Origin: a virus
Taxonomy: Duplodnaviria; Caudoviricetes
DNA length: 61,894 nucleotides
IMG/VR virus record: IMGVR_UViG_3300044568_000567
Span: 1-61,894 of that record
Direction: 5' to 3' (one strand)
Every line of letters begins with the position of its first letter. Position 1 is the first letter of the stretch. Of this stretch, positions 55,776 through 61,894 are shown piece by piece. A program made the position numbers and the translations under genes. The notes under the pieces were generated by a model. That model was not told the DNA's origin. It was given only the letters and a program-made list of their open reading frames with translations, and did no database searches.

Positions 55776-57461
55776 TTAAAACGGGTAAGACCTTCTATCT
55801 AAATCTGAAGATATTAAGCAATGATATACACTTAAATTGAAATTTCCTGCACCAGCAAGATTTCTTGATATAAATATAGGTGTCATTCCAACATTTAATC
55901 CGTTTACAGATAAATCTCCTAATTTGTTCCAAAGTTTATTAACAGGAAGATTTGTTAATGAATCTCTATAAAAGAAACTGCATACATTTGTTTCTGCATT
56001 AATATAGAACATAAATTCTGTATTAGTAAGAAAATTATTTTGAACAGGGGTTAGTTGAGTTTGGACACCACCATTTTTTACAATGCAGTTAATGTAGTCT
56101 ATTCCATCTGATTGTGTTTGTGTCATTATAATCCCATTAGATGGATTATCTGAGGCAGAGTCTGCAAATCCCCATGCGTAAGAACCAGATGGATTGATAT
56201 CACCTATACATCTTGTAAAAAACATTGGATTTTGATTTTTTAAATATCCATTAAATGTTCCGCCAGTAAATGTTCCAGCACTAATTCCACCAAAAGATGT
56301 TCCAGATGAAATTTTTATCTGTCCACCTAATGCGTTGTCTCCAGAAACAATTGTTGCATTATTTATTATTTTCCAATTTGCATCTCTTGTTGTTAAAATA
56401 TCTGTAGTAATATCACTATTAATGAAGAACATTGAATCAGAGAATTTTTCAGTTCCAACTTGTCCTGCTGGTCTTGTATATTGGATTCCACTATGCGTAA
56501 GTAGATTCACACTTTTAGAACCAGCACCTTTTACTTCAACTCTTGTTAGATCACCAACATCTTTACAAAAAATAGTCCATGAAGCAACATCTTGTTCGTT
56601 TTCTTTATTTGCTTCAAACACTGCAATTGGATACATAAATACTCCACCCAATGCCCTTTGAGAGTTAAGAGTATCAATCAAAACAGAAGTTCTTGTTGCT
56701 ACTGGAGAAAATGTCATTAGATGCGTGAATAGCAACCCATCCATGTCAGTTATTTTTACAGCAGGAGCAATATCTTGGATGCAATGTATATGGTCAAACT
56801 CACACATTGTTCCTCCTCCCCCTTGATTGCAATTAATCCAAATTGCATTTCCGTTACTTCCTGTGAATTTTTGATAGAATGAACAATTTCTAATGCACCC
56901 AAAACCAGTTGGTTTTGTATCTGTTGATTGTGATCCTATATATAATCCAGCAGTAAGTGCGTTTCTGCTAAATATGTTTTCAATTATAAATACTTGTGCA
57001 TTTATAATTCTAATATTATTCCTGCTATTACCACTTGATATAATACTAAAGTCTTTTAATGAGTTATTATATACTGTATTTAGTTGACCTCCAATTAGAA
57101 TAACATCATCTGTTGATGTTCCAGCCCAAGTAATATATGAAGAACCATCGTTTCCTGCAATTGGATCTGACTCAAATCCAGAAGAACCACTTCCTTTAAT
57201 ATTAATATTGCTTTTTGAAATCAACAGGGTTGTAGATACTTTATAATTTCCAGTTGGAAGAATTACTGTTCCTCCTGCTGTTCCAAGACTATCAATCGCA
57301 GCTTGAATCGCGGCAGTATCATCAGCACCCCCATTTCCAACCGCACCGAAGTCTTTCACATTGACTACATCAGCAAACCTGTTAGCCAATGTCCTTGCAG
57401 CAGTCGATCCTGTTGATGTAATCGGAGCGATTACGTTTTGTGTTGCTTTAGTTAGTGCCAT
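55776..57461 (-). CDS. Tailspike with pectate-lyase-like beta-helix
   Basis: VNVKDFGAVGNGGADDTAAIQAAID...GGTVILPTGNY; AT-rich. Confidence 0.85.
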   Translation of the reverse strand: MALTKATQNVIAPITSTGSTAARTLANRFADVVNVKDFGAVGNGGADDTAAIQAAIDSLGTAGGTVILPTGNYKVSTTLLISKSNINIKGSGSSGFESDPIAGNDGSSYITWAGTSTDDVILIGGQLNTVYNNSLKDFSIISSGNSRNNIRIINAQVFIIENIFSRNALTAGLYIGSQSTDTKPTGFGCIRNCSFYQKFTGSNGNAIWINCNQGGGGTMCEFDHIHCIQDIAPAVKITDMDGLLFTHLMTFSPVATRTSVLIDTLNSQRALGGVFMYPIAVFEANKENEQDVASWTIFCKDVGDLTRVEVKGAGSKSVNLLTHSGIQYTRPAGQVGTEKFSDSMFFINSDITTDILTTRDANWKIINNATIVSGDNALGGQIKISSGTSFGGISAGTFTGGTFNGYLKNQNPMFFTRCIGDINPSGSYAWGFADSASDNPSNGIIMTQTQSDGIDYINCIVKNGGVQTQLTPVQNNFLTNTEFMFYINAETNVCSFFYRDSLTNLPVNKLWNKLGDLSVNGLNVGMTPIFISRNLAGAGNFNLSVYHCLISSDLDRRSYPF

Positions 57462-57492
57462 AATATTGTTTTGTTTTTAGTTGTTTTGATTG

Positions 57493-59391
57493 TTAAGCTA
57501 TAGATAGTGATACTATCGTTATCTCTGATCCAGATGGTATCGGTGTTGAGAAAGTTAATGTCCTTGGGATAATATTGTCAATCGTGTAATTTGTTGATTT
57601 TTGGTATATCCCATCTACATGAACTAGGTAAGCTGGTGAGAGTATAGACAATCCACCAGTAATTGCAAATACTGTTTGGATTCCATCACCCGAATATGCC
57701 CATGCGTTTCCAAAGTTTGTTGGAGGCAATACGCCAGTCGCGCCAGTGCTGCCCTCCAACCCAGTTGCGCCAGTACTGCCTATACCCGTAGCCCCAGTGC
57801 TGCCCTCCAACCCAGTCGCGCCAGTGCTGCCGATACCCGTGGCCCCAGTCTCTCCTGTGGCCCCTCCCGGTGTTCCTTGTGGCCCAGTGCTTCCAGTCGC
57901 ACCCAATCCACCATCACCAGAAAGACCAATCATCCAATCAGCAAAGTTTCCGCTGCCTTGGACTTTGTCTACTTGCAGCGTGACCCAATGAATGTTTACT
58001 TCAATAACAATTCCCTCAACCCAATCCCACGGATATGCAGAATTGGCAACTGCACGAAGTCGAGATCCGTAAGTCCACCCAATAGGGGCAGTTGGGCTAA
58101 AGTAAAATTGCTTGTATCCAAGAGTAATATCGTGTGCCGTAAAACTTTGACGAACAATTGCTGGAGAAATACCAGTACTGCCCTGCAAGCCAATTCCAGT
58201 TGCGCCAGTACTGCCGTCATTTCCTTGGATTCCCGTGCTTCCCGTACTGCCTTGCAAGCCAATTCCAGTTGCGCCAGTAATGCCATTCAAAGACACAATT
58301 ACGATTTCTGATCCAACAGGGACAGGTGAAGACATCGTAAGCGTATTGCCAGAAATTAAGTAATTTACAGAATCTTGAACCACACCATCAATGCAAACAA
58401 GGTATCCAAGAGGATTATTCGTTGTATTTCCTGTAATATCAAAATTTGCATCATTGTTGCCAGAATAAGCCCATCGAACACCACCGAAAGGCCCAGCGGA
58501 ACCAGCAACGCCAGTGGCTCCAATTGGGCCTACAATGCTAACAATAACGATTTGCGTTCCACTTGGAACAGAAGATGACATTGTAAGGGTATACGGAGAA
58601 CCAGAATTAATGGTGTAATTGTTGGGGTCTTGAGTGATGCCATCTAAAACAACTAAATAAGCTGTCTCTAAAAGGCTTGTTGCTCCAGAAATTTGAAAAA
58701 CAGTTTGCAAACCATTTCCCGTATAAGCCCAACGAAGACCTCCTCCAGCAGCGGTTCCAGAGATACCTTGCTGCCCCGTGGCCCCAGTAGCCCCTCCGGG
58801 TGTTCCTTGCAATCCAGTGGATCCCTGCAATCCAGTGCTTCCTGTGCTTCCAATTACGCTCAAGCCACTCGCTCCAACCGCACCAGTCGCACCAGTCGCT
58901 CCTGCTCTGCTAGAAAGTTCTACAATAGTTAAAAAAGATCCTCCCGAAAGAGGAGTATTTAGTGTTAATACTCTTGGAAGCGTAGTAGAAATTGTATAAT
59001 TTATCGGGTCAACAACTGACCCGTTAATATAAGCAATATAACCAACTCGATTTGGTTGATAAGCTCCCGGCAATGTGAATGTTGTTTGTCCACTTCCAGA
59101 AAATCCCCAGCGCAAAAATTCTCCTCCAGACAAATATTCATCAAATAGTCGAAGAAGATAACAAAGCAATCCTTCTCCCTCTTCTCTTGGAATACTATCT
59201 GCTTCCGCAGTGTTATTCGGATCGCATGGGATATCCCAAACAACACGTCCATTTACAACAGATTTGTCGATTGTGCCGTAAAGAGCATAAACAAGATTGC
59301 TAATTAACGAAGGAACGCTTTCGCTTGATATTTGCGGATATGGGATATCTTGTCTACAGACATTACTATTTGAATCGTTGCAACATGACAT
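57493..59391 (-). CDS. Collagen-like fibre with four repeated beta domains
   Basis: Four W.Y.G.G.QT.F...YLV..DG..Q...NYTI...LT....P.G..I.IV units separated by GATG repeats. Confidence 0.8.
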   Translation of the reverse strand: MSCCNDSNSNVCRQDIPYPQISSESVPSLISNLVYALYGTIDKSVVNGRVVWDIPCDPNNTAEADSIPREEGEGLLCYLLRLFDEYLSGGEFLRWGFSGSGQTTFTLPGAYQPNRVGYIAYINGSVVDPINYTISTTLPRVLTLNTPLSGGSFLTIVELSSRAGATGATGAVGASGLSVIGSTGSTGLQGSTGLQGTPGGATGATGQQGISGTAAGGGLRWAYTGNGLQTVFQISGATSLLETAYLVVLDGITQDPNNYTINSGSPYTLTMSSSVPSGTQIVIVSIVGPIGATGVAGSAGPFGGVRWAYSGNNDANFDITGNTTNNPLGYLVCIDGVVQDSVNYLISGNTLTMSSPVPVGSEIVIVSLNGITGATGIGLQGSTGSTGIQGNDGSTGATGIGLQGSTGISPAIVRQSFTAHDITLGYKQFYFSPTAPIGWTYGSRLRAVANSAYPWDWVEGIVIEVNIHWVTLQVDKVQGSGNFADWMIGLSGDGGLGATGSTGPQGTPGGATGETGATGIGSTGATGLEGSTGATGIGSTGATGLEGSTGATGVLPPTNFGNAWAYSGDGIQTVFAITGGLSILSPAYLVHVDGIYQKSTNYTIDNIIPRTLTFSTPIPSGSEITIVSLSIA

Positions 59392-59400
59392 AATTTTAGA

Positions 59401-59428
59401 ATTCTAATTGTTGTTTTACTTAATGCAA
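59401..59428 (-). promoter_or_regulatory. Putative promoter
   Basis: TTGCAT-N16-TAGAAT; -10 box ends 9 nt before the ATG at 59391. Confidence 0.5.
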
Positions 59429-59769
59429 GTTTTTTTATTGGGTTTTTTATCTAAAAAGTAATAATGAGGGACAGGACATAGTGTTCCATTTACGTTGGGA
59501 ATATAAAAGTCTTTTCTCTCAATCAATCCCACCTTTATTCCTGCCGTGATTCTTTCTTTACAGGTAGTTTTTTTGACATTCCATATTTTGCAAAGTTCGT
59601 TTTTAGAATACCATCCTTTTGGTGCTGGATCAGTACATTTATTACTTGCATTAAGTAGAATTTTAAGAAAATCGTTTGGGGTCATGTTAAATTGGCATTC
59701 TCCATGCTTCTCCTCTGCCTCTTTGCGTGATTTGAAGTGAAGATTGATTAAGCGATTCACAATACTCAC
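59416..59769 (-). CDS. Small basic HTH-like protein
   Basis: PKGWYSKNELCKIW...PVPHY; true start probably near 59686. Confidence 0.55.
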   Translation of the reverse strand: MSIVNRLINLHFKSRKEAEEKHGECQFNMTPNDFLKILLNASNKCTDPAPKGWYSKNELCKIWNVKKTTCKERITAGIKVGLIERKDFYIPNVNGTLCPVPHYYFLDKKPNKKTCIK

Positions 59770-60451
59770 CCCAACACCAAGCCTGACACCAACTGAACGT
59801 GCTTCTCCTGTTTTTAGCGTATTCTAACGCCCCTCTAGCGGTTAATGTTCCGATATTATAGCAAGTGCCACCATGATATGTTCTGGCATTTTGGATAGCA
59901 ACACGATGGGTGTGTCCCATTACTATTTTACGCCTTGTCCCATTGCAATATTGCTCTGCCATGTCCCTAGCTGCAGATTCACCATAGCAAGTTCCATGAG
60001 TAAAACCAATGTCCGCTATGTCAACGATCTGTTCAATTCCAGAATAAGGAATTAATCTAGCTTTTAGCTTTTTAGTTGTATCTTCGATTGCAGACACAAT
60101 TTTGTGAGCGCAATATGAAGTGACAGAATTTTTGCTGTGAGTCAATTTCCAAGCACGATCTTCATGGTTTCCACAAAGAACATAAGGGTTCTTGCATCCA
60201 GCCATTAATTCACGAAGATGCATTAAACCTGTGTCAATATCTGGAGTTACTTCATCTCCATCACTTCCAGAACCGATTCCATTACCCATCAAGGCTGATA
60301 AATCAATAAAATCTCCAAGATGCAGGATTGTATCAGGTGAAAAGCGCGATTTGAACTTCATTACGGCATTCCAAGCCTCTTTGTCGCAATATTTTGCATG
60401 ACTGCACGAAACTGCTAGGACTTTTTTCCACTTGTGCGTGATATTTGCCAT
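59687..60451 (-). CDS. Calcineurin-like metallophosphoesterase
   Basis: SCSH (in place of DxH), HLGDFID, GNHE, THG, GHTHR. Confidence 0.88.
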   Translation of the reverse strand: MANITHKWKKVLAVSCSHAKYCDKEAWNAVMKFKSRFSPDTILHLGDFIDLSALMGNGIGSGSDGDEVTPDIDTGLMHLRELMAGCKNPYVLCGNHEDRAWKLTHSKNSVTSYCAHKIVSAIEDTTKKLKARLIPYSGIEQIVDIADIGFTHGTCYGESAARDMAEQYCNGTRRKIVMGHTHRVAIQNARTYHGGTCYNIGTLTARGALEYAKNRRSTFSWCQAWCWGEYCESLNQSSLQITQRGRGEAWRMPI

Positions 60452-60991
60452 TTATGTATGATCGACTAGTAAGTATGGTATGGTTTTTTGCTCGTATCGA
60501 GTCATTTCTGAGTAGACTAAATTGATGAATCCGTCCCATTGCGGCGGGTAGATCGTTTGGCAACCCAGCGACGATGTGCTGTTGTATCCTCCCCGATGGA
60601 TGTTAATAGCGATTCCCATATCGTCTCCAATCCCATCCCGCGTGACTGGCAGTTCTTCCTTTGGGTTAGCAGGTCGAAGCGCAGGGTAACCACCTCCGGG
60701 TTTACTGATGCCATGATTCCCCTTACGGAACCTATGAATGCCCGTTTTAAGCACCGCAATACCCTTCCTGTGAACTGAAGGATCAGTATTCGCGTTGAAA
60801 GTAGCATGAACAGAAGGAGATAAAAGTATAATCGCATCATCATAGATGCCTCTTTGATTGCCTGATGGAGCAAATGTTTCAGAGTAGTATCCACGGATTC
60901 CGACGAGTGCAACACGATCAACGATCCCCGATTTTATTACCATCGAGAGCGTCTTCTCCTTCGCTTGCTGCGGTCTGGAGTTTGGAACCAT
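60452..60991 (-). CDS. Putative endolysin, L,D-transpeptidase (YkuD)-like
   Basis: INIHRGG...SSLGCQTI motif; follows holin-like genes. Confidence 0.7.
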   Translation of the reverse strand: MVPNSRPQQAKEKTLSMVIKSGIVDRVALVGIRGYYSETFAPSGNQRGIYDDAIILLSPSVHATFNANTDPSVHRKGIAVLKTGIHRFRKGNHGISKPGGGYPALRPANPKEELPVTRDGIGDDMGIAINIHRGGYNSTSSLGCQTIYPPQWDGFINLVYSEMTRYEQKTIPYLLVDHT

Positions 60992-61161
60992 TATTTACTA
61001 GAGTCTTTGGCAAGAATAAGCCCAACTCCAGCAGTGATTGCTGCAAAAAGCAATCCAATATCACCAAGTGTTCCGCTGTTCAAAAATTCTTTTCCAGCTT
61101 CTGAAACTGCCGCAAGAATAGTAAATAAACCAAGTAGTGTAGTTTTCCAATTTGTTTTCAT
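60991..61161 (-). CDS. Holin-like protein with two TM segments (56 aa, not in ORF track)
   Basis: MKTNWKTTLLG...GVGLILAKDSSK. Confidence 0.75.
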   Translation of the reverse strand: MKTNWKTTLLGLFTILAAVSEAGKEFLNSGTLGDIGLLFAAITAGVGLILAKDSSK

Positions 61162-61325
61162 TTTTTAAGTCCTTTAATTTCTGGCAGTTCATAACAGAAC
61201 TTGCCGTATTGCGTTTCGATACACACGTTTGGCTGACCAAGCACTGAACATCCCGTTAAGAATGCCATTCCTAGCATTATAAACGATGTTACTATCATTG
61301 CCACTACTATTTGTTTTGGTTTCAT
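61158..61325 (-). CDS. Small lipoprotein (spanin-like)
   Basis: Signal peptide with FLTG-C lipobox. Confidence 0.7.
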   Translation of the reverse strand: MKPKQIVVAMIVTSFIMLGMAFLTGCSVLGQPNVCIETQYGKFCYELPEIKGLKK

Positions 61326-61498
61326 TTTTTTATTATCTGTTTTGCCATATAGATGCAAGTTAGCACACCAGCAATAATGCTGATGAGTCCACCCGCAACT
61401 CTAATTGACGCTTCTATTTCTGGTAACATTGAAATTATAAATCCTGTTGTCGATATGACAGTACCCATTAATCCGTGACTTGTTGCGTTATCGTTCAT
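61322..61498 (-). CDS. Holin-like protein with two TM segments (58 aa, not in ORF track)
   Basis: MNDNATSHG...IIAGVLTCIYMAKQIIKK; ATGA overlap with the lipoprotein. Confidence 0.7.
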   Translation of the reverse strand: MNDNATSHGLMGTVISTTGFIISMLPEIEASIRVAGGLISIIAGVLTCIYMAKQIIKK

Positions 61499-61503
61499 TT
61501 TAA

Positions 61504-61829
61504 TTATGGGCCAACAATTACATACAGTGTGTTTGGGTCTGGAGTCACGATTAAATTGTAGCCAGTTTGAGTGATTTCAACGAGATTGGTCAGTTGTGTT
61601 GCCCCTGTTAGTCCAGTAATATCTGATAGCACAATATTTGCTGGTGTAACTCCCGTTGCTCCAGTTGCGCCAGTTGATCCTTCCAATGCAGGAGATAAAG
61701 AAGTTGTAACTTGTGCAATGCTACTATTTTCAAAATGCATTGTAATTGTTCTGCCACCAAGATTAATTGCATAAAATTTAACTACAATTCGATCTGTAGC
61801 TAAAATATTTGTCGCTGGGACTGGGATGC
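61504..61829 (-). CDS. 3' part of the collagen-like fibre gene that starts at 1231
   Basis: In frame across the circular join; ends TPDPNTLYVIVGP. Confidence 0.88.
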
Positions 61830-61894
61830 TCCACAAATACAATTCATTTATTGTTCCGCTTGTAATTGAATGAGGATTAGAAATATTACTTGCA
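61830..61894. repeat. Terminal direct repeat, copy 2
   Basis: Identical to 1-65. Confidence 0.97.

Overview
The window is a complete circular(ly permuted) tailed-phage genome of about 61.8 kb: bases 1-65 equal 61830-61894, and a collagen-like fibre gene reads in frame through the join. All credible genes are on the minus strand. The morphogenesis set is podovirus-like: TerS, intein-containing TerL, portal, scaffold, major capsid, tail tubular A/B-like proteins, ejection proteins, a tailspike, several fibres and a 3162-aa modular polyvalent protein. Replication is lambda-like (DUF1376/O-like initiator with iterons, DnaB, SSB, ERF, PD-(D/E)XK nuclease), and there is a lysis cassette. I recognise no integrase, DNA polymerase or ribonucleotide reductase. 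Autotransporter beta-strand repeats and SD-less A/C-rich leaders suggest a Verrucomicrobia/PVC-like host (inference). Most interesting: (1) an NrdR-like zinc ribbon without an ATP-cone, preceded by tandem NrdR boxes, heading an operon that includes a MazG-like enzyme with an RNR-like redox tail and dCMP deaminase; (2) a RusA-like resolvase whose two halves lie in two different overlapping open frames; (3) a T4 beta-glucosyltransferase-like gene in the replication module with no visible hydroxymethylase; (4) the giant protein, whose enzymatic modules are separated by a QFMPA linker that is identical at DNA level; (5) several candidate structured RNAs and Met-Arg-stop minigenes. Protein family calls come from motif recognition by eye; no searches were run.
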